Source: Candidatus Kapaibacterium sp. (lineage in GTDB: Bacteria > Bacteroidota > Ignavibacteria > Palsa-1295). Taken from it: DNA of 64,000 nt. Numbering within the stretch: the stretch's first letter is position 1; every line of letters begins with the position of its first letter. The stretch covers positions 41,899 through 105,898 of the forward strand of contig JBBQGG010000002.1 in NCBI GenBank assembly GCA_038322815.1, given 5' to 3'. The notes below the pieces were generated by a model, which searched no databases, was not told the origin of the DNA, and worked only from the letters and a program-made list of their open reading frames with translations. Positions 19,466 to 29,044 of this stretch are shown in pieces. The translations under genes and the position numbers were made by a program.

Positions 19466-21277
19466 ATGCTCGATGCGACCAATTTTCCGCGGGAGCCGGC
19501 ACGAATTGATAAACGTGTCGTGATAGTTTCGCTCAGCGCAATGGCTCTTGCGGTTGCCGCAGTATTTGTCGCACAGGCATTGGTGCGCCTGATTGCGCTT
19601 GTGACCAATCTCTCTTTCTTCGGAATATTCTCGTTTGCGCTCACTTCTCCGGCGGGAAATACACTTGGGTTGTTCGTTCTTATCGTTCCGGTCATCGGCG
19701 GTCTTATTGTCGGACTGATGGCGCGTTACGGATCAAAGGGAATCCGCGGGCACGGAATACCCGAAGCAATGGAACAGGTACTTTCGAATGAAAGCAAGAT
19801 TCCGCCATTGATGACGTTCCTCAAGCCGATCTCGGCAGCAATCGCTATTGGCACGGGCGGACCGTTCGGAGCCGAAGGCCCGATTATTGCCACAGGCGGT
19901 GCGCTTGGCTCATTCATCGGCCAGATATTTCCTGTCACACCGACAGAGAGAAAAATTCTGCTGACTGCGGGAGCGGCGGCCGGAATGTCGGCAGTATTCG
20001 GTACCCCGGTTGCAGCTGTGTTGCTTTCAATAGAACTCCTTCTATTCGAATTCAAAGCGCGCTCCATTATTCCTGTAGCTTTAGCCGCTACAACAGCAGC
20101 CGGTGTGCGTATGGTATTCGAAGGGTCAGCTCCTGTCTTTGCGATGACAAATCTTTCGCAGCCTTCGGGCACCGCGCTTTCGATCTATATTTCTATTGGT
20201 GCGATAGTCGGAGTTTTTTCAATATTTGTAACAAAAGCTATTTATGCGATCGAAGATCTTTTCGAAAAAATTCCGATCCATTGGATGTGGTGGCCGGCGA
20301 TCGGTGCAGTTGCCGTCGGAGTCTGCGGTTTTTTCGTACCGCGCACGCTCGGAGTCGGATACAGTAATATCAGTGATCTGCTTTCGCATAATCTGACAGT
20401 TCAGTTTGCGTTGATCTTATGTACTGTAAAATTTATTTCGTGGTCTATCTCTTTAGGAAGTGGGACTTCGGGAGGAACGATGGCTCCACTTTTTACCATC
20501 GGCGCAGGGCTTGGCACTGTTTTTGGCGCAGCTGCAATGTGGATTCTTCCTGCTGCAGGGATTGACCTGCGTATCGCAGCGCTCGTTGGTATGGCAGCCC
20601 TTTTTGCAGGCGCAACGCGAGCATTACTTACTTCTGTCGTGATGGCATTCGAGACGACGCTGCAACCATTAGGTTTGCTTCCACTTCTGGGCGGCTGCAC
20701 GGCTGCGTATTTAGTATCGAGTCTCTTCATGAAGAATACGATCATGACGGAGAAGATTGTTCGTCGTGGCGTGCATGTGCCATCGGAATACTCTGCAGAC
20801 TATCTCGAACAAATTCTTGTACGAAATGTGGTCTCAAAAGAACTCACGACATTGCGAGGCAATCAAACGGTAAAAGAAGTGCAGGAATGGGTTGCATCCA
20901 AAGCCGAAGGCTCGACACATCAGGGGTTTCCGATCATTGATGAAAATGGACGTCTGCTTGGCGTCGTTACAAGACGAAACTTCCTGAATACCGATCTTCC
21001 TCCTCAAACTCATGTACACGAACTTATTAAACGTTCTCCGACAGCAGTGTATGATGATTCGACATTGCGTGAAGCCGCCGATCACATGGTCAATCACGAT
21101 GTCGGCAGACTGCCGGTGCTTTCGCGTATGGAACCTGGAAAGCTTATTGGTATTATTACACGCAGCGACGTTCTGGCCGGGAATAAAAAAAGGTTGGCAG
21201 AATTACAACGAGAAAGACAGACCCTTACTCTGAAAGAAATTTTAACCCAGCCAAAAAGGGAAAGAACAGCAGTATAA
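19466..21277 (+). CDS. ClC-family chloride channel / H+-Cl- exchanger with C-terminal CBS pair
   Basis: It has the GHGIPE and GAEGP selectivity motifs and two C-terminal CBS domains. The ATG at 19466 is preferred over the TTG at 19391. Confidence 0.85.
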   Translation: MLDATNFPREPARIDKRVVIVSLSAMALAVAAVFVAQALVRLIALVTNLSFFGIFSFALTSPAGNTLGLFVLIVPVIGGLIVGLMARYGSKGIRGHGIPEAMEQVLSNESKIPPLMTFLKPISAAIAIGTGGPFGAEGPIIATGGALGSFIGQIFPVTPTERKILLTAGAAAGMSAVFGTPVAAVLLSIELLLFEFKARSIIPVALAATTAAGVRMVFEGSAPVFAMTNLSQPSGTALSIYISIGAIVGVFSIFVTKAIYAIEDLFEKIPIHWMWWPAIGAVAVGVCGFFVPRTLGVGYSNISDLLSHNLTVQFALILCTVKFISWSISLGSGTSGGTMAPLFTIGAGLGTVFGAAAMWILPAAGIDLRIAALVGMAALFAGATRALLTSVVMAFETTLQPLGLLPLLGGCTAAYLVSSLFMKNTIMTEKIVRRGVHVPSEYSADYLEQILVRNVVSKELTTLRGNQTVKEVQEWVASKAEGSTHQGFPIIDENGRLLGVVTRRNFLNTDLPPQTHVHELIKRSPTAVYDDSTLREAADHMVNHDVGRLPVLSRMEPGKLIGIITRSDVLAGNKKRLAELQRERQTLTLKEILTQPKRERTAV

Positions 21278-21381
21278 TAAAATATGGAGGAAATACTTTT
21301 TTTAATTGCCTGTACAACAACCTATGAGGTAATTCCCCTCAAATTTATTGCAATTCAAACTTAATTTATTAATGATTAATT

Positions 21382-22791
21382 ATGTCGAAGGCAATCTCTT
21401 CAGGTAACATGTCCGATACACAGGTTCATCCTGGTAGCGATAATGTTCTCGGTATTCGAAGAAGAGATCAATTTATTCATTCTGCCATCATCGGAGTATT
21501 AGTCGGCGGAGTTGCAGTACTTTTCCAGCTTTCACTGGATTTTGTTGAAACAGCCAGAATATCATTACTTGGAAGTCTTAAATCGTATCCAACTTTTGGT
21601 TGGCTTGTCTTACCTATCATCCTTGGAGCTGTTGCAGGGTTAGGAGGTTTTCTAACTCAGAAATTTGCGCCTGAAGCTTCAGGAAGTGGCATCCCACACG
21701 TTAAAGCAGTACTGCTCAATATTCGTGAGCTGAATTGGAAAAAATTATTGCCCGTAAAGTTCTTTGCCGGATTGATGTCAATCGGAGCCGGTCTTTCCTT
21801 AGGTCGTGAAGGTCCGACAGTGCAAATGGGAGCCGCTATCGGTAAGGGAGCTTCAGAGTATTTGCATACGGGAAAGCATGCAACAAAACGGTTGATCTCT
21901 GCCGCTGCAGGTGCGGGACTTTCAGCAGCCTTCAATGCCCCGCTTGCAGGTTTCATATTTGTTATTGAGGAATTGCAGAAGGAGCTATCGCCCTTAACAT
22001 TCGGAAGCGCCTTTATTTCCTGTGTAACGGCAGTCGCAATTAATAGAATATTTACAGGGCAGCTTCCATCTTTTCATATTCGCGGTTACCCGATACCTCC
22101 GTTAACTGCCCTGCCGTTGTTCGCACTCATGGGGCTTGTCTCCGGATATGCAGGTATTGCTTTCAATAAGATACTGATTGCGGCAGTCAGGAGATCTCGT
22201 AAGCTAACGATTCCGACATGGATAAAGACTGCAAGCATGGGCGTTCTTGCAGGAGTCATCGCTTGGTGGCTTCCGGAAGCTATCGGCGGCGGACATCGTA
22301 CAGCCGAAAGCATCTTGCAGGGAAAATTTGCTTCTTCAGATGTAATCGCCTTTCTTCTTATCCTGTTCGTAGTGAAGTTTGGCTTCACTATACTTTCATA
22401 TTCTACCGGCGCTCCGGGCGGGATCTTTGCACCGCTCCTTGTACTCGGAGCGATCATTGGCTTAATATTCGGTCAGCTTAGCGGGCTCTTTTTTCCGGAG
22501 TTAGGGACTACGCCGGCTGCATTTGCTGTTGTTGGAATGGCTGCAATGTTCACCTCGATTGTCCGTGCACCGCTTACAGGTATCGTACTAATTTTAGAAA
22601 TGACGGGAAATCAGGAGCAGCTTTTTGTTCTTATCCTTGCATGTCTGATCTCATATTTAGTTGCAGAGCATTCCGGAAATAAGCCAATTTATGAATCACT
22701 GATGGAAGAGGATCTTAACAGCTCTGAAAAACTGTTGGCATTCGAAGAGATGGAAAGAGAATCTGCAGCGATGGATGATTCTGATGCTTAA
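21382..22791 (+). CDS. ClC-family chloride channel / H+-Cl- exchanger (no CBS domains)
   Basis: It has the motifs GSGIPHVKA, GREGPTVQMG and GIFAPLLVLGA. Confidence 0.85.
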   Translation: MSKAISSGNMSDTQVHPGSDNVLGIRRRDQFIHSAIIGVLVGGVAVLFQLSLDFVETARISLLGSLKSYPTFGWLVLPIILGAVAGLGGFLTQKFAPEASGSGIPHVKAVLLNIRELNWKKLLPVKFFAGLMSIGAGLSLGREGPTVQMGAAIGKGASEYLHTGKHATKRLISAAAGAGLSAAFNAPLAGFIFVIEELQKELSPLTFGSAFISCVTAVAINRIFTGQLPSFHIRGYPIPPLTALPLFALMGLVSGYAGIAFNKILIAAVRRSRKLTIPTWIKTASMGVLAGVIAWWLPEAIGGGHRTAESILQGKFASSDVIAFLLILFVVKFGFTILSYSTGAPGGIFAPLLVLGAIIGLIFGQLSGLFFPELGTTPAAFAVVGMAAMFTSIVRAPLTGIVLILEMTGNQEQLFVLILACLISYLVAEHSGNKPIYESLMEEDLNSSEKLLAFEEMERESAAMDDSDA

Positions 22792-22859
22792 TAATCAACA
22801 GATGTCATAACCTGCTCGTCTTCTGTAATATTTGTAGTACTTCAGTTTACATTATTTAT

Positions 22860-23237
22860 ATGATCACATTCCTCGGACTTCGTACGTGTATTTATCACGT
22901 TTCCGATCTGCAGCAAGCGAAAGAGTGGTACTCCGCTGTCCTGATCTCGCAGCCATATTTCGATGAGCCGTTTTATGTTGGCTTTGATGTAGGCGGTTTT
23001 GAACTCGGGCTTGATCCTAATATGGAGGGCATCACTCCCGGCACAAACATTGATACCTATTGGGGAGTCGATGATGTGAAGGATGAATATACAAGGCTCT
23101 TAGATTTCGGCGCTACCGAGCATCATGCTCCGCAAGATGTCGGCGGTGGGATTATCGTTGCAACCGTACTCGATCCGTTCGGCAATGTGTTTGGGATTAT
23201 TGAGAACCCGAATTTCGATAAAAAAGGAAGGGTATAA
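22860..23237 (+). CDS. VOC-family (glyoxalase / bleomycin-resistance fold) protein
   Basis: It is 125 aa long and shows the paired beta-alpha-beta-beta-beta module pattern. Confidence 0.7.
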   Translation: MITFLGLRTCIYHVSDLQQAKEWYSAVLISQPYFDEPFYVGFDVGGFELGLDPNMEGITPGTNIDTYWGVDDVKDEYTRLLDFGATEHHAPQDVGGGIIVATVLDPFGNVFGIIENPNFDKKGRV

Positions 23238-23685
23238 TATGATCTTCACTATCGCCATTAAAAATGATCTTCCCGATTGGCTTGAGATGGCGCTTGCTCT
23301 TTGGCCATACGAAAGTAAGACAGATATGGAGTCGCTCTTTCATTCTTTATTTGCTTCGAAAAATGATGAGATCCTGATTGCAAGAACTGATGAAGGCATC
23401 GCCGTTGGTTTTGCGAATATTTCGATCAGAAAAGATTATGTTGAAGGTTCGAATTCATCTCCCGTAGGGTACATCGAAGGAATTTATGTCAAACCTGAAT
23501 TTCGCAAACATGGAATAGCGCGGGAAATGCTCAGATTAGGAGAAGAGTGGTCGCGCTTACGAGGATGTACTGAGTATGCATCTGATACAGAATTGCATAA
23601 TGTCGATAGTCAGAATTTCCACCTCCGCGCAGGATTTGAGAAGGCAGAGGTAATCGTACATTTTATTAAGAAAATTTCTCTCTAA
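23238..23685 (+). CDS. GNAT N-acetyltransferase, AAC(6')-type I-like
   Basis: An RBS (aggaagg) precedes the ATG at 23238. The segments LWPY and GYIEGIYVKPEFRKHGIAREML and the C-terminal FHLRAGFEK resemble AAC(6')-I enzymes. Confidence 0.6.
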
Positions 23686-23755
23686 CTTTAGTTCGCAGTG
23701 ATTGATCGAACATTTTCGTCTGATAAAGAGTAATAATTAAGGAGAAAAACATCCT

Positions 23756-23944
23756 ATGCAAATATTAACTTTCAAAGAAGAAGCAAAGCTACTCGTTGAC
23801 TCACTACCTGAGAATTCCTCATGGAACGATCTCATGTATGAAATATACGTCCGCCAGGAAATAGAAAAAGGTCTTGACGATATAGAAGCCGGGCGTTATA
23901 AAACTCATGAGGAAGTAGAAAAAATCTTTGGCGTTACTGAATGA
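23756..23944 (+). CDS. type II antitoxin (putative addiction-module component)
   Basis: It is a 62-aa protein with the segment DLMYEIYVRQEIEKGLDDIEAGRYKTHEEV. Its stop overlaps the toxin start as ATGA. Confidence 0.55.
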   Translation: MQILTFKEEAKLLVDSLPENSSWNDLMYEIYVRQEIEKGLDDIEAGRYKTHEEVEKIFGVTE

Positions 23945-24220
23945 GAATTATTTGGTCTGACCGCGCTATTGATAGGCTCGCCGCTATCCGATCATATATC
24001 GCAGAGGACGCTCCGCTTACAGCGAATAGAGTCGATCGAAAGTATCATCCGATCGACCCGCAGACTACAAGACTTTCCTCATTCCGGTAGAGTAGTGCCT
24101 GAATATAATATTAAAGAAATTCGCGAAGTGATCTGAGCGCCTTATCGTATTCTTTATCATATTAAAGACGAGCAGATAGAGGTCATCACTGTCTTGCATT
24201 CAAAGCAATTACTCCGGTAA
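23941..24220 (+). pseudogene. ParE/RelE-family toxin, decayed (frameshift plus in-frame TGA)
   Basis: Frame 1 reads MRIIWSDRAIDRLAAIRSYIAEDAPLTANRV. Frame 2 continues IESIIRSTRRLQDFPHSGRVVPEYNIKEIREVI, then TGA, then APYRILYHIKDEQIEVITVLHSKQLLR. Confidence 0.5.
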
Positions 24221-24264
24221 TTCTCGGAACCACCCCATAGGTGCCTATATGTTCAAGTAGTTAT

Positions 24265-24329
24265 CAGTCGTTAGTCTTGTGTCGTTAGCAAAATTATGCT
24301 AAAGACACAAGACTAACAACTAACGACTG
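24265..24329. promoter_or_regulatory. 65-bp imperfect palindrome with GTTAG/CTAAC pentamer repeats immediately upstream of the umuC-like ORF
   Basis: The left arm cagtcgttagtcttgtgtcgttagc pairs with the right arm gacacaagactaacaactaacgactg. Confidence 0.4.
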
Positions 24330-24398
24330 CTCTTCATTATCGGACTCATTGACTGCAACAATTTTTACGTTTCCTGCGAGCGGACGCTCGATCCTTCG

Positions 24399-25727
24399 TT
24401 GAATGGGAAACCTGTTGTCGTGCTTTCGAATAACGATGGCGTTGTGATCTCGCGCTCGAACGAAGTGAAGGCGATGGGCGTCTCGATGGCAGGGGCTGCG
24501 TATCAGTACCGCGATCTGTTTAAGAAGTACGGCGTCCGTGTTTTTAGTGCGAATTTTAATTATTATATGCAGGTCTCCGAGCAAGTCATGCGCATCGTGC
24601 GCGAGTACTCGCCGGAAGTGGAAGTCTATTCCGTTGACGAAGCATTCATTAATCTGCGCGGATTGGAATGGAAAAAACCGACGGAGTATCTTCGCGGATT
24701 ACGCGAGCAAATTTTGCAGGAAGTAAAAATTCCAGTCTCTATCGGCATTGCCGAATCGAAAACTCTGACAAAGGTATGCTCCGAATTTGCAAAGAAAGAT
24801 CCGTTACATGAAGGCATACTAAATCTCTATGGTCTGCCTGAAGAGCGAAATGAGTATTTGCGTGAACTCAAAGTCGGCGATCTTTGGGGAGTGGGCAGGC
24901 AGTTCGAAAAATTATTGCATGAGAAGAAAATCTTTCATGCCTTAGAACTTGTCAATATGCCGGATCAATGGATCTTAAATCATTTGCATATCGGCGGATT
25001 AAAAATGGTCTGGGAATTGCGAGGAATTTCCTGCATTGAATTTGCGCCGAATCTTGCAGCTCCGAAGCAGATCATGCGTTCACGGTCGTTCGGAAAATAT
25101 GTTACTTCGCTTGCTGAATTAAAAGAAGCGGCTGCACTTTTTATGAGCATGGCAGCCGAATCGCTTCGCGCTCATAAACTCGTTGCCAAAGTTGCCGGAG
25201 TATTTGTACATACCAATCGCTTCAATGACGATCCGAAATATTCTAACTCAGTTGCCGATGCACTCATCGAACCAACGTCTTACACTCCTGCGCTCATTGC
25301 CCATGTGCATAGGTTGCTTGATCATATTTATCGCGAAGGTTTCCGATATCAAAAGCTCGGCATTATCTTAAGCGATCTTGCCGAAGGAGATGAGAAGCAG
25401 CTTACGCTTTCGTACGATGCGCGTTCCGAAAAAAAACAAGAGTCTTTGATGCATACGCTCGATACTTTAAATGCCAAATACCGCGAGAATCATCTTGTTA
25501 TGCTTGCTGCCGAAGGCACGGAGCATGGCTGGCAATCAAAGCAGGAGCATCTTTCGCAGGCAAAACCTGAATATGTCGATCCAAAAGAACGCACGCGTTT
25601 CCTCACCACAGTCTCAGCTCCCGCAACAACATCAAAACGCAAAGACCGCTATACGCTTGAACCGGCAATGCAATCACGAGCGCTGGGTAAACAAGTTGCT
25701 GATAGAATTATGATGGCGGGAAATTAA
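24399..25727 (+). CDS. umuC: Y-family translesion DNA polymerase, UmuC-like
   Basis: It has SNNDGVVISRSNEVKAMG and the catalytic SVDEAF. The conserved N-terminus (LIDCNNFYVSCERTLDPSLNGKPVVV) is in frame upstream to about 24324, with no ATG, GTG or TTG there. The track start at 24399 is a TTG. Confidence 0.8.
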   Translation: MNGKPVVVLSNNDGVVISRSNEVKAMGVSMAGAAYQYRDLFKKYGVRVFSANFNYYMQVSEQVMRIVREYSPEVEVYSVDEAFINLRGLEWKKPTEYLRGLREQILQEVKIPVSIGIAESKTLTKVCSEFAKKDPLHEGILNLYGLPEERNEYLRELKVGDLWGVGRQFEKLLHEKKIFHALELVNMPDQWILNHLHIGGLKMVWELRGISCIEFAPNLAAPKQIMRSRSFGKYVTSLAELKEAAALFMSMAAESLRAHKLVAKVAGVFVHTNRFNDDPKYSNSVADALIEPTSYTPALIAHVHRLLDHIYREGFRYQKLGIILSDLAEGDEKQLTLSYDARSEKKQESLMHTLDTLNAKYRENHLVMLAAEGTEHGWQSKQEHLSQAKPEYVDPKERTRFLTTVSAPATTSKRKDRYTLEPAMQSRALGKQVADRIMMAGN

Positions 25728-25755
25728 AAATTAAAAATTTGGGGACTCTCTCCAG

Positions 25756-25780
25756 TGGGGCGGACTCTTAATCCGCCCCA
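25756..25780. terminator. GC-rich hairpin between convergent genes (weak terminator candidate)
   Basis: The sequence tggggcgga-ctcttaa-tccgcccca forms a 9-bp stem. No clear T-run follows. Confidence 0.3.
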
Positions 25781-25828
25781 TTGGACTCAACAAATTCGCA
25801 TCCTTAATTTTACTTTTTTAATTTTTAA

Positions 25829-27178
25829 CTATTTTTCATATCTTCTCTTCCCAATTAAAGTATAATCATCCTGCTCCAATGCCCGCACGATCACTTCCCT
25901 ATTTTTATACATCGAGATTGTCGAATAATTTTTTAGGGCAATTGCAGAATACATTATCACTGCAGAGATGAATGTAATTCCTGCAACTCGTTGTAACCAT
26001 GTCCTCTTCAAAGGTTTACATAAGGCATAGAGAGAGTAAAGCACCATTAAGGGAAAAAACAGAACGGCTGCATGTGATGGCGGTTCGACTTTGGAAAATA
26101 ATGACAGAAAGAAGAAAAGAAGAAACCCGCACAGAGCAAGAAAGGCGACATTGCGAAACATGATGTCCCCTTGTTTCCTGCTGAAGAAACTATAGAGCAA
26201 GAAGATCGCCTGTGCAAGACCGACAACTCCGACAATGATCGTGAATGGCGCAGCCCAGGGATAATCTTTTAAGAATGCTATCCTCTCATCTATATTACCG
26301 CCGATAAATCTCGTCACATCGAAACTTGCATACGCAAGATAGGTGGAAAGTAATTTAAAAATATCCCCGGTGTGCTCCAAATGAAGTTCTACCATGCCGG
26401 AAACGCTCTTCCCTTTTTCGGATGAAAGACCGTAGTTTAGTAGTGTAGGAATGAGAAGACTTCCTGTAGTTAAACAGCCGACGAAAAATGAACCGGTATT
26501 CTTTACGATCAATCGAATGTCTTTCGTGCGAAGCAAGTAGTAAAATGCCACTGCCGTGAACGGACCGAGCAATACCCAGGACATGTGCAATTGGAATATC
26601 CAGAATATTCCGAATCCCAAAAAGAAAAAGCATAGCCACTGCGGCAAAATATTTTTTCGCAACGGCGGATAGATCTCAAAGATGCCGATAAAAAACAAGA
26701 TCGCTCCGGGAATCACATGGGATGGATTAACGATGCGAGTAAAATAACAGATAGACCACGGAATCATAAAAACATAGACCCAAATAAATATTCGCGAATA
26801 ATCCGGCATACGCTTCGATGCATACCATGCAAGGAATCCCATACTCAGCGTGAGTAAAATATTCAGAACGATAAACGGAGCTTCCGGAATTTTCCAAATG
26901 AACCACCCTGTCGAAACAAGGTAGCCTTGCAATGCGCCGGGAATCTGCGAGCCGTTATACACCAGATCAGCGCCGAAATAGGGAAATGTATGAGTCGTAA
27001 ATGATTTCAGCCCGATCAGATAAATTTGCAGCACATCTTCATCCGGAAACCAGAACTCTGTCGTGAGGCTATAATGGAATCGGAAGATGACTATTCCGAT
27101 GATAAGCAGCCAAAAACCATATTTGCCGAAGAAGCTATTTGCATTCATAGAATGCAAAGTTACGGCACATCTCAACAT
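25829..27178 (-). CDS. polytopic membrane protein (possible GT-C-like glycosyltransferase)
   Basis: It has about 12 predicted TM helices. No diagnostic motif was recognised. Confidence 0.45.
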   Translation of the reverse strand: MLRCAVTLHSMNANSFFGKYGFWLLIIGIVIFRFHYSLTTEFWFPDEDVLQIYLIGLKSFTTHTFPYFGADLVYNGSQIPGALQGYLVSTGWFIWKIPEAPFIVLNILLTLSMGFLAWYASKRMPDYSRIFIWVYVFMIPWSICYFTRIVNPSHVIPGAILFFIGIFEIYPPLRKNILPQWLCFFFLGFGIFWIFQLHMSWVLLGPFTAVAFYYLLRTKDIRLIVKNTGSFFVGCLTTGSLLIPTLLNYGLSSEKGKSVSGMVELHLEHTGDIFKLLSTYLAYASFDVTRFIGGNIDERIAFLKDYPWAAPFTIIVGVVGLAQAIFLLYSFFSRKQGDIMFRNVAFLALCGFLLFFFLSLFSKVEPPSHAAVLFFPLMVLYSLYALCKPLKRTWLQRVAGITFISAVIMYSAIALKNYSTISMYKNREVIVRALEQDDYTLIGKRRYEK

Positions 27179-27254
27179 GTCAATGGGAGAACCGGAGTGC
27201 TGTAAATTGGGTTTTACTCTAGAGTGGGATTTCCCACTTCTTCATATTTCCAAA

Positions 27255-27563
27255 ATGCCATCAAAGACAATAAAAAAAACGCAACCCCATAGGACGGAGA
27301 GACTTCTTTCCGATCCACAGGTGTACCGTGCGAAAGTCGATTCCAAACACAGAATCGTCTTACGATCGGCTAAGTATGAATATTATAATATTTATGAACG
27401 CGAAGATGGCTCCGCCATTCTTATACCACAAATCGTTAAGGAAGTGCCATTATCCCGCGCCACACTTAAAATGATAGACGCTGCCGTAAAGAATATGAAA
27501 CAGGGCATCGCGTCTAAACGCATTGATCTTGACGCCATACTTTCTCAAAAAAGAGTCAAATGA
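27255..27563 (+). CDS. AbrB/MazE/SpoVT-family antitoxin-like DNA-binding protein
   Basis: It has a looped-hinge-helix motif (YRAKVDSKHRIVLRS). The upstream 27087 start overlaps the divergent gene and is rejected. Confidence 0.5.
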   Translation: MPSKTIKKTQPHRTERLLSDPQVYRAKVDSKHRIVLRSAKYEYYNIYEREDGSAILIPQIVKEVPLSRATLKMIDAAVKNMKQGIASKRIDLDAILSQKRVK

Positions 27564-28066
27564 CCTTCCATATTCGTATGGGTGTACCAGAAATGGAAGC
27601 AGTTTGGAATGGCTTGTCTTCTCGATATCAGTCCGGCAGTCTTGGTCCCGCAGAAAGAAAATTCTTTAAAAAATTTGTAAAGATGTTAGATCTTCTCAGG
27701 ACTAATCCTCAGCACAATAGTCTGTGGTCGCATGAGATCGAAATACTTTCCAAGCTCTATGGCGTGAAGATATTTCAATCATATCTGGAAAACAATACAC
27801 CGGCTGCCGGAAGAGTATTTTGGGCATACGGACCGGAAAAACAGAAATCACCGTGCTCGGGTTGGAACCTCATCCGCAGAAAGGAAACTATAGCAGAGTT
27901 AAACTTTCCGATGTCCCAAATTAGCAATAACTTTCTAAAACATCACCTTCTTCGCAATAACACCCTTCGCCGATTGCAACACCAAAAAAGCAATTCGCGC
28001 ATTTATTCCGTTTGCATCGAAGGTATATGTTCCCCGCGCAGAGATATTGATGTTTGCTCGCTTTAG
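27560..28066 (+). CDS. putative toxin partner (RelE/ParE-superfamily-like N-terminal ~100 aa with unexplained C-terminal extension)
   Basis: Its start overlaps the antitoxin stop as ATGA. The segment LRTNPQHNSLWSHEIEILSKLYGVKIF...AGRVFWAYGPE loosely resembles RelE/YoeB. The last 130 nt overlap the convergent gene 27935..28985. Confidence 0.3.
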   Translation: MTFHIRMGVPEMEAVWNGLSSRYQSGSLGPAERKFFKKFVKMLDLLRTNPQHNSLWSHEIEILSKLYGVKIFQSYLENNTPAAGRVFWAYGPEKQKSPCSGWNLIRRKETIAELNFPMSQISNNFLKHHLLRNNTLRRLQHQKSNSRIYSVCIEGICSPRRDIDVCSL

Positions 28067-28985
28067 CAATCTTCCATCGACGGTATAGAGAGAGGCGGTG
28101 GTTTCGCCGAGTGGGGATGAGGCTTGAAACGCAATCAAATGATCTATTAACCAAATTTTAACAAAATTGTTTGATTGTGATTGATCAGCAACTGTATTTT
28201 TTGGGTTCGGTGGGAACAGAATTTGTCTAGGGAAAAGGGTATCTCTACAAGTTATGAATGCTGAATAGCATTCACAATAAAGATAATTTCTATGAAATCC
28301 GCTTAATATGCCGCTACTGTCAAAAGTAATTGGGAGTAGATAAACTGCTGTATCATATGCTCCGTAACTATTAGCAAGATCTATGTGCATTTGCAGAGAC
28401 TTAAAATGAATTGTAGAATTGTTTAAATCAACATATCCTGACAATTGGATCGTAGCATAGGTATAAGTATTAGTATCTTCCCATGAAAAAATTGTCGAAA
28501 GACCTATCATTTTTCCGTAAGAGGATTTTGATATTTCAAATGGTATAAGAAATGCTGCTAATGGGACCCTTGGTGATATATCAAATCTCCAACTTAATTT
28601 CCATTTCTGATATCCTATCCTCACTGAATCACCCACACCTTGACCACCTAAATCCTCCTGTGCAAATTTTGAATGTAGAAAATCTAAGGAAAAAACACTT
28701 AGAGTCCTCTTATTACTCATTCCCTTCACCGTTTGCACCGCAACATGCCCACCGGCGCCTTTCCCAGTGTCGGGCAAATTACAAATTATCAGTGTATCGC
28801 TCCAGGAAACAATGCCAACCGTTGTATCTTCGATGGAAACGCTGCCGCTATCAATTCCAAATGAGCCATGAATTTGCAATTGACTTTTAACTTCGTCAGC
28901 CATGAGATAACTGATCGAAGGGCTGCTGCGCATGGACGCGGCTTGCGAAGAGGAAAATAACGAGTAACGAAAGGATGTATTTCAT
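27935..28985 (-). CDS. secreted protein with T9SS-like C-terminal domain; signal peptide in a different frame from the body
   Basis: The ATG at 28985 encodes MKYILSLLVIFLFASRVHAQQP, then a stop. The body ORF (track 27935..28933) is in the +1 frame, so a 1-nt indel lies near 28900-28930. Confidence 0.45.
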
Positions 28986-29044
28986 GATACTAAAATACAA
29001 CAATTACAATAAAAAGGTGAGCGAGTATTGATAATTGCCATATT

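Noticed and set aside
19466-22791. ClC genes as fluoride exporters (CLC-F)
   Set aside because: Both have canonical chloride-type selectivity motifs (GSGIP/GHGIP, GxEGP) rather than the fluoride-clade signature.
23125-23237. Upstream start of the GNAT ORF
   Set aside because: It overlaps the VOC gene. A strong RBS and the conserved N-terminus support the ATG at 23238.
27087-27254. N-terminal extension of the AbrB-like ORF
   Set aside because: It overlaps the 5' end of the divergent membrane-protein gene, and the DNA-binding domain starts at the Met at 27255.
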